Shown in pieces: positions 38,229 through 50,130 of a stretch of DNA of 64,000 bases (positions are counted from its first letter, which is position 1; every line of letters begins with the position of its first letter). Made by a program: the position numbers and the translations under genes. The DNA comes from Mytilus californianus. Its lineage: Eukaryota. The notes beneath the pieces are model-generated. The model was given only the letters and a program-made list of their open reading frames with translations, did no database searches and was not told the DNA's origin. The stretch lies in assembly GCF_021869535.1 (NCBI RefSeq), contig NW_026262701.1, positions 43,400,001 to 43,464,000 on the forward strand. Reading direction: 5' to 3'.

Positions 38229-40527
38229 TTATCATAATTATCATACTTATAGTCTGCCAAACATCTCATACGACAATATTAAGCAGAAATTATTTTTGAC
38301 GTAAATTATTTTATTTGCGATTGTGACCAAAAAATTAACGACTTGTTTTGTTCATAATTTGTGAAACATCGACATTCACAGATATTACTTTTCTACCTTA
38401 ATGATTAATTCAGTAAAACATTCTGCAATATGTCTAAAATAAATATTATAGACCACATTTATATATAATGCGCAAGTAGCATGTAATGACAATATTTTCT
38501 ACCGCACATTGGCGATTCTTTTATTTATCATGCATAATCCAGCATTCACTTGCAAGAGCTTTGGTTGAATTTAAATCAAAGTGGTTTAACTGCTCCGTCG
38601 AATGGCCTTTACATATTAAGGTCCGTGCATGGCCACAAAAAGTTGTCCTAAACATGTTTTGAGGAAAAAACGACGATGTACTGGTGTCTGAATTCACAAG
38701 AGACATGTTTTTGCGGTCTGAGATTTCTCAAAACCAGTATAGTCTGATTTGTAATTTTACCGATTGTGACATTTTGTTTGAGTCTAGATTCGCATGGCGA
38801 CTGAAGCATGCATACATGTAGCAATAAAGTCTTTACCTATCAACCCATCCTGTCTCGCTACTTTTGGAGTTTGCAATTACCTCATGTTTTGGTTGCTACC
38901 TTGATTTGTCTTAATCAATTTACGAAATTTGAACATCTGTAAACTTCCTGTTATCCATCACCAGTTTAAAGGGTTGTGTTATTAATTTCAAATGCAATTA
39001 GAAATAATTTAGATAAGCAAAATATAGTAACATTAGGGTAATACTCTGTTGTCTAATTACAGAATCAACACCTATACAAGACCCCAGGTAATTATAAAAA
39101 TATTTATATTTTACAGCACTCTAATTTCTTATGATAATTTTGTTTATTTAAAATAGGATAATTTTCTAATATTCATGCAGAAATTTAGAACCCGCTTCAA
39201 AAATAAGTTTTTATCTGAATAAAACATGTTGATTGCTTTGACGTAAAACTTGCAAACTTTGAGTTGAATAAAGTATCTTACATTTAATTGCAGACGAACT
39301 CAATCAACTTATGATACAAGTGTCACGAGTCTAAAAAAAATCTACAATATAAACGTTAAAAACCAAAACAAAAAGAAAAAAAATGGTTAAGAAAATTTGA
39401 AAAGGGTTTTCTAACATTTAGAATTTTAAGATTTTGTATTTAGTGTTTCATACATAGGTTTTTTTTCATAGTTTGGAGTGAAAAATGAATATATATGTGT
39501 AGATATATATAACGATGTTCTTCTCTGCCCGTCAATCTTTTTGATACCTTTGAGTGTTTATTTTTGAATAAGGTACTTAATTTGCTCAGCTTATGTTATT
39601 TGATATTCAGTCGTGAATTTTTTTGTTTTCATTGCACTGTTTTCATGCTAATAGTTTCAGATCTGTTTCGCACCAACTTGTTGTTTAACAAAACCTTTAA
39701 TTCGTATTAATTAACAGGAAATGCTAATAACATACTCCTATATGACCAAAACCGATCTTAAAACAAAAGCCAAATTCATCTTAATAGGTCAACTTTGCCT
39801 GAGGGAGTTGAAAACTTAGTTTCTTAATAATTTCTAAATTCATAAACAGACAATTTACGGAAAGTTTGTTATAAATCATGCCAGTAAAGCGGTCATCAGA
39901 TCTGCTTTGCAGTCATGTACACACATGTACTGGTAGACGATAATTTTAATTTTAGTCATATGAAATAAGGATATGTGGTGTGATTGTTAATGAGACAAAT
40001 ATTCAAGAGTCTAAAAGACATCTATTGAAGCAAATATAGGGGACCATACGGACTTTTAACAATATGCAATGAGCAAAAACCATTAAGTCAGCTACATGTA
40101 TAAAAATGTGAAACTATTCAAACGAAAAATCCAACAGCCTGATCATGAAAAACAAATCAAAGAAAAACAAATGCAACCAATGACAACCACTGTAAAACGG
40201 GCTCCTGATATGTTTGTGAGCGCTCAAACCTCCCCTCACTTAAACAGAGATGTAACAACAGACCCCAATAGGATTGTAAAAAGTAAAATAACAAAAATAT
40301 CAAACTCCAAGGAAAATTCAAAACGGAAAGTCCCTCATCAAATGGCAAAATCAAAAGTTCAAAAAAATCAAACGAATGGAAAACAACTGTCAACATGTTT
40401 TAAATACCCAAAAACTAATTTGCACGATATCTATTTTTTTGATTCAGGAAATTATTCTCTTTGAGTTTTACTTTTCATAACTTTTTGTCAATAATGAAAC
40501 GCATTGATAATATCTAAATATTAATAG

Positions 40528-40593
40528 TTCTGATATATATGAAGAATGTGGAATAGCACCTGGTGAGAATACTTACGAAAACATTGAAGACGG
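40528..40593 (+). CDS. Receptor gene: cytoplasmic exon with two tyrosine motifs (SDIYEECGIAPGENTYENIED)
   Basis: TTAATAG| ... GG|GTAAGT, 66 bp, phase 2-2, open. Strong donor; peptide composition typical of receptor tails. Confidence 0.65.
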
Positions 40594-41355
40594 GTAAGTA
40601 CTTATTTGCTTCGAAAACATTTATATAAGAGACATTCGGAGTGCAACTTGACTAACACTTTGCTTTGGTATCTACTAAATACATGTACATTAAATGCATT
40701 TGTAACATTTTCATTTGTGTCTTTGTTTAAATGAAATGTTATCTGGTATTCGGGAGGTGACTTAATTTTAGTTACGTCATCATATTGGACAATGAAAAGG
40801 CTTAAACATCACATACATGTATATATATTAAGTTAAATTTTGTACAAATTATGTGCTTTTCTGAACGTCTCTGTAAATACGTAGTGCCTAATCCATGTTT
40901 TTTTTCAAATTATGTAGAACAAACAAAAATATTTTCTCGTGAAAATCTAAACTTTTAATCACGCATATACGATTCATCCGATAATTTGACTTTTCATATA
41001 ATTATCAATATCCATTTTCCGAGTAGTTGTATATTCGTTACCATGGTTACAGGACATTAAATCAAAGACACGGATTCGTAATGAAATTTACACACCAACT
41101 AAATAACCGTCCAATAAAAATAGATATACGAACAAAGAGATTCAACGAACAATACATGGGCCAGTTAGCCCGACTTGGTAAGAGCAAAACATGTATTGTG
41201 GTTAGGCCAGATTTAGGTGCGAACCACCACCATTTTGTCTAGCAAGACCATCTTTCGTTTAACACGCAATAACAAAACGTGTACAGTCCAACTACCGACA
41301 GGACGACAATACAGTAAACAAACAAATAGAGTAATGCATATAATTTTAAAAGCAG

Positions 41356-41383
41356 GATTAAAAAAATACTAAGGACCAAGTAG
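41356..41383 (+). CDS. Possible terminal coding exon (G)IKKILRTK*
   Basis: TTTTAAAAGCAG| phase-2 acceptor giving a stop at 41381-83. Not unique; other acceptors are possible. Confidence 0.25.
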
Positions 41384-41425
41384 CTAGCTTAGGTATCCAT
41401 AGCTGTTGATTGAATAATATGTGAG

Positions 41426-41590
41426 TGTTCATTGGAGTATTCTACCTCCTGGATATAACATTGAAATGTTCATTGGAGTATTCTACCTCCTGGATATAAC
41501 ATTGAAATGTTCATTGGAGTATTCTACCTCCTGGATATAACATTGAAATGTTCATTGGAGTATTCTACCTCCTGGATATAACATTGAAAT
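41426..41590. repeat. 41-bp minisatellite, 4 identical copies
   Basis: TGTTCATTGGAGTATTCTACCTCCTGGATATAACATTGAAA starts at 41426, 41467, 41508 and 41549. Confidence 0.97.
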
Positions 41591-42404
41591 CCTACAATGG
41601 CCTAACATTTTTATCATGACTTCATTCATTTTCGATTTATGTTATTCACGCTTTTTTTTTTCATTCTTTTATAATGATCATGTATATACATCATCTTCTT
41701 ATAAAAAATGCCATACTAAATCCAATATATTTTTAGAGATTACATGTACATACTTTCTAAGAATCTATCAAGCTAGTATTTTGGACTGACGTAATATATA
41801 AAAATATATTTTTTAGGTCATAAAAAGAAGAGCCAGTGGATGTATGCTAATTTGAAGATTAAGTCGTTTGCTAGAACTTTTTATTTCTAATTTTAGCATG
41901 TGTCATATTGTTCATGCTGTTAACTGGTAAACCTTCATGTGAATAATGTATTTCCTTGTGATATTTCCAAGTGTACAACATTTCCCCTAAAACATACATA
42001 TTTTTGAAAGGTGCTGCTAATATTGTTCTTGAAAACAATAACTAGAAAACATACTTAAATCAAAATTGATATGCTAGTCTTGGGCCTGCAATCTTTTAGA
42101 GACCAAGTACAATATGCACATATTTGTATAAAAGACCTTTTTCTCATTGCTGAAGGTCATACGGTTGCCTATAATTGCTGAAATCCACTTTAGTTGAACT
42201 TTGGTCGATAGTTGTCTCATTGGCAATCATAGCACATCTCCTTATTCTTATATCGTTGGGTTAATATGAACGATTGCTATTAGAGAATTGTAGAATTTTG
42301 ACGTACTTTAAAGTAATTTACCTTAACATTTCACATAACTTTTTACCGTTATCTTCCTTTGGCTATTAAACTTGTAAATCAAACATATTTTGACGTACGT
42401 AATA

Positions 42405-43383
42405 TGTAAAGCAAAATATTGTCCTATAAAATATTGCCCTCCAAGACAATATTTCATGACTATGTATCGTGAAATATTGTCCTCATCTATGAAAAAATGT
42501 CCAGAGTAAGACAAATTTCCATAGTGAAATTTTGTCTGTATATAGACAATATTTCACAGATGAATACTATGAAATTTTGTCCTGTTAAAAGGAGGTTATA
42601 TTTTGTGTGTATTGAGACAATATTTCATAGACTGAGGTTATCAACAGATAGCATGTTGGATAATAATATCATTAAAGTGTTTTATTTGACTGATAATAAC
42701 AAATAAACACAAATTAATATTCCAGTTACATTGTACTACTGTCATGACTGTACCTCCAAAACGCTGTCGCAAAAAGATTCGTCAATCTAGTATTTACGAA
42801 TACTATTAGTACACTCAATTTTGAACAGAAATAAGTGATTGTCAGTACATTACTTATATTTATACAGTATAATGTAGTACATTTGTACAATGGAACATGC
42901 GTTAGACAATTCTTTAATCTATAATTAACCATTTATAAAGTATCTACGCAAATTTTAAACTAGCTTATGCTAAAATAAATATTAGTTTGCTATATATAAA
43001 ATACTTTACGAAATAATTTCAGTTATAAATCTAAAAATGTGCATGCTGCATGCTTGTGTACTATTTTTAATTTTGTAATAGTTTGATTAAGAAACATTTT
43101 CATGGACAGTATTTTACAGTGAAATATTGTCATGGACAGAATTTCACAAGGAAATAATGTCATAAAAGACAGTATTTCATAGTGAAATATTGTCATGGAC
43201 AGAATTTCATAGAGAAATATTGTCCAGAAGGAAGTGACGAAATTTCATGGACAAGGACACTATATCAAAATGAAATATTGTCCTGAACAGTATTTCATTA
43301 TGAAATACTGTTCGCAGACAATATTTTATATGAAATTTTGTCCGACAGACAATATTTCATGGGGGACAATATTTTATGTTACA
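42405..43383. mobile_element. Non-autonomous TIR element with TGT...ACA ends and 4-bp TSD (Ginger-like)
   Basis: AATA|TGTAAAGCAAAATATTGTCC ... GGACAATATTTTATGTTACA|AATA. Numerous subterminal GAAATATTGTCC / GACAATATTTC motifs. Confidence 0.72.
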
Positions 43384-43827
43384 AATACGCCTAAACTTGG
43401 TCATTGTAAAATTGTGTTTGTCTCCCTTTCTCAATCTAGTTCAAATCTATTTTAAAATAGCGTATTCCACGATAGAGAAAGTTTTCACTTATATCTGAAC
43501 ATACGAAAAGGCAAACTTTGTTCGCAGGGGACATATATTTTAAATGATATACAGCTAACAAGTTTTCCTATCTTCGTAGAAAAAGAGTTTCTTTTCAACT
43601 AATTTGTCAATACAGCGTGCCGCGTTCAAAGAGTATACGGGAATATGAGTTTTCTAAACGTATTTCTTACCCAGAATAAATTGTCGAGGTGTTTGCGAAA
43701 ACGACATAGCCTTGCACGTGTTGCCAAAGGAAAGAGTATGAGAGTATGTTTTGTGAATTTCGTGGTCCATATATTTGCTTTTTCAGATTATCTATTTTTC
43801 TGTAAAACTATTGTTTTCAATTTATGC

Positions 43828-45076
43828 CTTTTCTCATCACTTGGCGTCCGTCGTCCGTCGCACGTCGTCGTCGTCGTCGTCCGTCGTCGTCGTCCGTTAA
43901 CTTTTACAAAAATCTTCTCCTCTGAAACTACTAGGCCAAATATAACCAAACTTGGCCTTAATCATCCTTAGGGTATTTAGTTTAATAAATGTATCCGATG
44001 ATCCCGCCCATCAACCAAGATGGTCGCCGTGGATAAAAATAGAACATGGGGGGTAAAATGCAGTTTTTGGCTTATATCTCTGAAACTAAAGGTCAAAATG
44101 TTTATCAGGTCAAGATCTATCTGCCCTGAAATTTTCAGACGCATCAGACAACCTGTTGTTGGGTTGTTGCCTCTGAATTGGTAATTTTAAGGAAATTTTG
44201 CAGTTTTTGGTTATTATCTTGAATTTTATAATAGATAGAGATAAACTGTAATCAGCAAAATTGTTCAGCAAAGTAAGATCTACAAATAAGTCAACATGAC
44301 CAAAATTGTCATTTGACCCCATCAAGAGTTATTGCCCATTAAAGTTATTTTTTTTGCAATTTTTGTTATCTTTTTTTACAAAAATCTTATCCTCTAAAAC
44401 TACTGGGCCAAATTAAACCAAACTTGGCTTAAATCATCCTTAGGCTATCTAGTTTTACAAATGTATCCGATGACCCCGTCCATCATTCACGACGGCCGTC
44501 GTGGCTAAAAATAGAACATGGGGTAAAATGCAGTTTTTGGCTTATATCTCTGAAACTGAAGCATTTAGAGCAAATCTGACATGGGGGTAAAAATGTTCAT
44601 CAGGTCAAGATCTATCTGCCTTAAACTTTTCAGACAACCTGTTGTTGGGTTGCTGCCTCTGAATTGGTAATTTTAAGGAAATTTTGCAGTTTTTGGTTAT
44701 TATCTTGAATATTATAATAAAAATGTTCAGCAAAGTAAGATCTACAAATAAGTCAACATGACCAAAATTGTCAATTGACCCCTTCAGGAGTTATTGCCCT
44801 TTAAAGTCAATTTTTTCGCAATTTTTCGTCAATTTCTTAATCTTTTACAAAAATATTTTCTTCTGAAACTACTGGGCCAAGTTCATTTTAGATAGATATA
44901 ACTGTAAACAGCAAGAATGTTCAGTAAAGTAAGATCTACAAACAAGTCACCATTACCAAAACAGAGAATTTTTTCATGAATTCTATTCTTGTCTTTAATG
45001 TTGTAGTGTCCTTTGTTTAATATGTACTGCAGCACATAACCAAGGTGAGCGACACAGGCTCTTTATAGCCTCTAGT
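43828..45076 (+). mobile_element. Non-autonomous Helitron/Helentron-type element with (CGT)n microsatellite and about 2.5 core repeats of roughly 470 bp
   Basis: CGTCCGTCGTC microsatellite, repeated GAAACTACTGGGCCAAA / CAAGATCTATCTGCC units, 3' end GGTGAGCGACACAGGCTCT..AGCCTCTAGTT. Confidence 0.75.
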
Positions 45077-48000
45077 TTTTTTAGGAAAGAATATATTTTG
45101 AGCAAGGAGGTGTAAAAAAGAAAACTGAGAGCGGAATTTTACCATATGGCATAATGGCGGTTAAAAACTAGAAAAATAAAATCGCAAAAACATCATTCTT
45201 ACTCCAAAAAAATATGGCCCCTTCAAGTTATATGGTCTGTCCCTAACTGATTTAAATCGAATGCGCCTAGAGCACGAATATAAGATTACATCCTTTGAGG
45301 CGGACACTAATCCAGTCTTAAAGTAGTTTTATATTGAAATTTATACGAGAATATACTACGGTAACAAAGTAACTATGCAAAATCATAATAATTGTGGGTC
45401 ACCTGTTGAGTAAGCTCCCTATAGAAATGCTCCTGTTTGGTTCGATAGAACCCGACCGTCGTGCAGGGACGGGGATTCCTGCGCGGGTGTTGTTAATCTG
45501 CGTGCAACACCCGGTGCGCCAGCACATTAAAATACAACTACGGTGGTCTGGTACAAAGCAACAAAATTTTACATACACCATTTGGCTATAATTATTTCGG
45601 CTCCAAAATGCATACACATTCGGCACATCAAATATCACTTTTTTGGTTTATCTAAATTACACATAGCAGCGTTCCTCAATTTGGCTTTAAATTTTTCTTT
45701 CTTAATTCAGAGGACTCACACTTTTGCTTTATTTTTTTGCTTACCAAGTCCTTTCCGCATATCAACATTTGGCATTAATGTCCTCTTTCCAAAACGACGC
45801 CATCCTCTCAACTTTTGGCATTAAATTTTTAATTTCCAAATCCAGCAGGGGTTACGCAGTCCTCCTTTACCATTGCGTCCTACACTGTTTTTTTTTCGTT
45901 TTTTTTTTGTGTATTTTTTTTTTTATATAACGTATTTAACTTTCAACATTATTATTTTTCTTTTGATTTACTTTTGGCTTATTATGTTTCATTATTTATT
46001 ATTTTGATTTATTTTTCTTTTGTTTATGTTTGGTTAATAAATTTGTATTTTTTAATTTTTTTTTAAATATGAATTATATGTATAATTATATATAAATATT
46101 AATATACCAAAGCCCGGCAAAGGACCGACCAGGGATTTTGATGCTGAACGATTTTTCTTTGGCAAGCTTCGCTGGCCAGATTATATTATAATAAGAAAAT
46201 TTTGTTTTGAAAATTATCTAATGGGCAAAATATGGGCCATTTTTTTCTAACTCATGGTGCTGCCCAACTGTGAAATTAATTTCATTTCAATCAAAATCAG
46301 GGCCAGAAATATTTTCATCTTAAAATCTCCAGCAACACCCCCCATCCCGAAAATCGAATGGTCCTTGCCTGATACATGAATGTTATTTAAGAATTAAAAT
46401 ACTTTTACAAATTTCCGACTTAAATGCTGAAACTGGCAAAGGGAGACAACCACAATTCATATTATGTCTTTTAATTGTACGTTAAGGTACGTAAGTTTCG
46501 TTTGAAACTTAAAATTCTCTAATATTATCACGTTATGGAATCCACACGGGTACTGGTATATTTAGAGCTAACCAACATGTTTTCTCACGATCATAAACGG
46601 TAATGTCATCGAAAAACTGGAATGATGTGAACAGTCTTCACCTATAGCGCAGAATAATTGGATCAATCCGCAGATACGCTTACTGTTGTCGATTCCGAAG
46701 TGTAAACTAACGTGATGTAAACACTCTGTATCCTCAGACCTGGCGCAGGCTATTGAGTGAAATTGATGAAACCGCTTAAGTAGTCTCGTGGTAGTATACA
46801 AGAATCAATTGTGGGTATTTGTAACTTTGACAAATTATAAATTATAGGTTTCTCGAAGCTACGACATTAAAAGTGAGTTCACCAGCTCTATACAGCAAGT
46901 ACGCGACATATAAGGGAAGAATTAAGACTGGTGCTTTTCAGAAGTAATAATAAGTGTAACAAGTGTATAGTGCCTTCCTAGCTAGTCTTTATCCGATTTA
47001 TTGTTTGAATGGCAATTTGTATATTCTCCCTCTTTTAACTAAAAGCAACACTAGCTAGCATGTCAAAATTCTGACGCGTACCGGTCATTTACGGTCTAGG
47101 AGTTACTCACCGAATATGCCTGCAATAAATGCTGCTGAAAATTATGCAACAGGAAAATCAATTTCAAACATGCGTAATTATATGTTTTACCCATCGTTTT
47201 TGTTTTGACTCCACAATTAGCATAGGTCTTCATTTTTCTACCAATTTCAATGAAGACATGAACATTCCAATAGGTTGTTGGGACCAGGAACATATACCGC
47301 ATGCATCGAAATAAATTTATTTTAATGATGTGTGTTACTACACATGAACTGAATATTTGGGGTCAGAAAGAGCACATTACCAGCGTACTCCTATCTATTA
47401 CTTCTATAATGAAGTCAATATATGGCTCAAAAGGAGCTTTTGTCATTTCTGTTATTCATTTACAGACGGAAATGTGTCAATGTCACTCATATTGAATATT
47501 TTTGATCAGTTTATGTCAAAATCAAATTTTAGTAAAAAACAAAAACATGCCCTCTTTGTAACAATATTTATAGAATTAATACCTTGCTGTTAACATGTAG
47601 ATAGTGTACATTTTGAACGGTTCCTTGTAGCATTTTGCACAATGCATGAATGACGTCCATTTATATCATAAACCCGGTATCAAACTTTTTTCATGCAACG
47701 ATTTCTTATCTCTGTTTCTGGCGTGTGTACCGCATGTTTGTCTATATTTACAAACACAGTTGTTTTCAAATTTCTTTTTTTTTAATTTACAAATCGCAAT
47801 TACAACAAATACAAGATACAAGAATTATTTTGCCATGTTACCTTGTCTAACTTTAGTTTTAAATTCGTTTATTTTTAAAATAATGAAAGGCCGAAATATA
47901 TCTATAAAATAGGTTTGACTTAATTCTACATTGAGTTTATCCTGACTGTTTTCATTTGTCTGTTAATTCGTGTGAAGAATGTCCGAGTTTAATAGTATGC

Positions 48001-49239
48001 ATTACGCAGACACCAGAGTTTACAGTTTTGATGTTTTGTTTGTTATTTAATCTTTTTGTTTTGTTTCATGATATTACTGATGTTTATTTTGGCTTCTATC
48101 GTCATTTACTCATAAATCCCCATGCTTGGTTGAAAATATACTAAATAGTACAAAAATGTTAGTATCATTTACATTTTGCTATTTTACTTTTTACATTCGT
48201 TTGCTGTCATTCATTAAGATTTATTCTATTTACTTTAAATAATGTATGTATATTTTTGTAAGTTAGGTTATACATATAAAGGTGAAAGTGACAACTCAAA
48301 TATTTGAAATACTTCAAGTTTGTAAACGATAATTTTGATAAAAGTACGTTGAAGCTGCGATTACAAGAATAATGTAAATATTATCCGAATGCACAAATGA
48401 AAAATCTCCTAAAGCAGTAAGGAACAGATATTTTAAAGAAGAATTAGAATTTCAAGTATATTTAGAGATCTAGTTGAAAATAGTATTGTATATACATATG
48501 GAACAATAAAGAACAAACTTTAAATAGAACAATAGAGGTAAAATTACGTTGATAGAAATGATAGAATCGGTTTAGAGACGAATTGCCATATTTGCTATAT
48601 TTTTAAGCAACTGCAGGATATTACACTCGGATGAATACTTATTGGCATGTACAAATATATCATCGCTAAGAATTAATGTGGCAGTGAAGAAAAAATTGCA
48701 AAACTCTGATGTAAAAAGATTATACAAGTTTATAAAATACGCGTTGATTATTCTAGTTAAAACGCAACTTGTATTGTAATCACTGTATTGTATATAAATG
48801 TTGTAAAATTATCCATATTTCTATTAATATGTTGCACCTTCTATATACCTTTGTATTGTCAATGGTATAGCTAAATAATGCTTCTACAAATTAAAATTCT
48901 TTATTTGACAAAAGCTGTTTTTGTTCCTATAGTGTTTTTGTTTTGCTAGTGACTCGAAGCTGCCAATAAACAAACGCCTACTGGTCACCAGAACTATTTA
49001 ACAAAGTAGCCAAATCTCCCATTGAGCCAACACGTACGACTGCTGAATCACATTCTCGATGATATTAATCTCATAAAACTTCGTGCGTTTATATATATTC
49101 AATTTGATTTAAGAAAAATGTTTGATAGGAACTTTATATTCTTCATCTAGACAGCATTACAAAGAAATAGCTGTTATATTTCGGAATGTTTTCTTCGTTG
49201 TTTGTAAATTTATCAAACATTTAGGGATGTTTAAATAAA

Positions 49240-50130
49240 TATGGAAAAAAAGAGTCCGAAGATACTAAAGGGATAGTCAAACTCAAAGTTGACAACAAAC
49301 TGACAACACCATTGTAAAATACAAAAGCAAACGACTAAAAGACAAAGAATAGTCTACAAAAACACAGCATAGAGCAACATGAACCCCATTTAAAACCGGG
49401 GGGGGGGGGGGGGGGGGGAGGTTACAGGTGCTCCGGAAGGGTTACCAGATCCTGCTCCAAACATGGCACCCTTCGTGTTGTTCATGTATGTACACAACCG
49501 GTGAGATAAGTGTAACTCCATAGGTCGCATTCGAAGAACAGTTGACGGTATTGTGGTAACAGATATTGTAACATATCTGTCGTGACCGGTAAATGATAGA
49601 TACCTAATCTATGTATCCATATTGCCACAAATAATCATTATTTCTAATGTATGTACCTTGTCCGTTGTATATTACAAATTAGAAATAAGAAGATGTGGTA
49701 TGATTGCCAATGAGACAACTCTCTACCAGAGACCAAATTACGTAGAAGTTAACAACTATAGGTCACCATACGGCCTTCAACAATGAGTAAAACACATACC
49801 GCATAGTATGCTATAGACAATGACAAATGTAAAACAATTCAAAAGAAAAAGAACTTTCGGCCTGATTTATGTTTCAACACGACACAAATAAAACAGAAGA
49901 CATCTACAGGTCGATTTATGTATAACACTATGGAATATCATATCAACTGAGATATAAATACTCTATATGCTGGCGATGCTGGAATGTTGCTCATTAGAAA
50001 TGAAAAGTTCACTATTGGACAGCTGAAATAAGTTTTTCTTTCGTAAAGTATTGTATCGATCCGTCTCTCAATGTCAATTTCTAGTTGTAAGTGGATACAA
50101 GACAGACTTATCTGTATCTGCTGTACCTAT
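49240..50130 (-). mobile_element. Penelope-like remnant (RT C-terminal fragment plus 3' region) interrupted by the common repeat at about 49682-49870
   Basis: PIVNFSFLMSNIPASPAYRVFISQLI at about 49940-50020. The 3' module GGAGCAGGATCTG..CCCTTCCGGAGCACCTG is also seen at 53060-53190. Confidence 0.7.

Noticed and set aside
41426-41590. CRISPR-like array
   Set aside because: The repeats are directly contiguous with no spacers, the context is eukaryotic, and there are no cas genes.
45410-45435. U3 snoRNA box A-like CAGGAGCATTTCTATAG on the minus strand
   Set aside because: The downstream sequence lacks U3 boxes B, C and D; a short chance match.
45439-45452. tRNA T-loop/B-box-like GGTTCGAT
   Set aside because: No cloverleaf, A-box or acceptor stem around it.
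45743-45870. Minus-strand exon with GTAAGC donor and G-patch-like KGLGK peptide
   Set aside because: No frame is open across the segment and there is no polypyrimidine acceptor.
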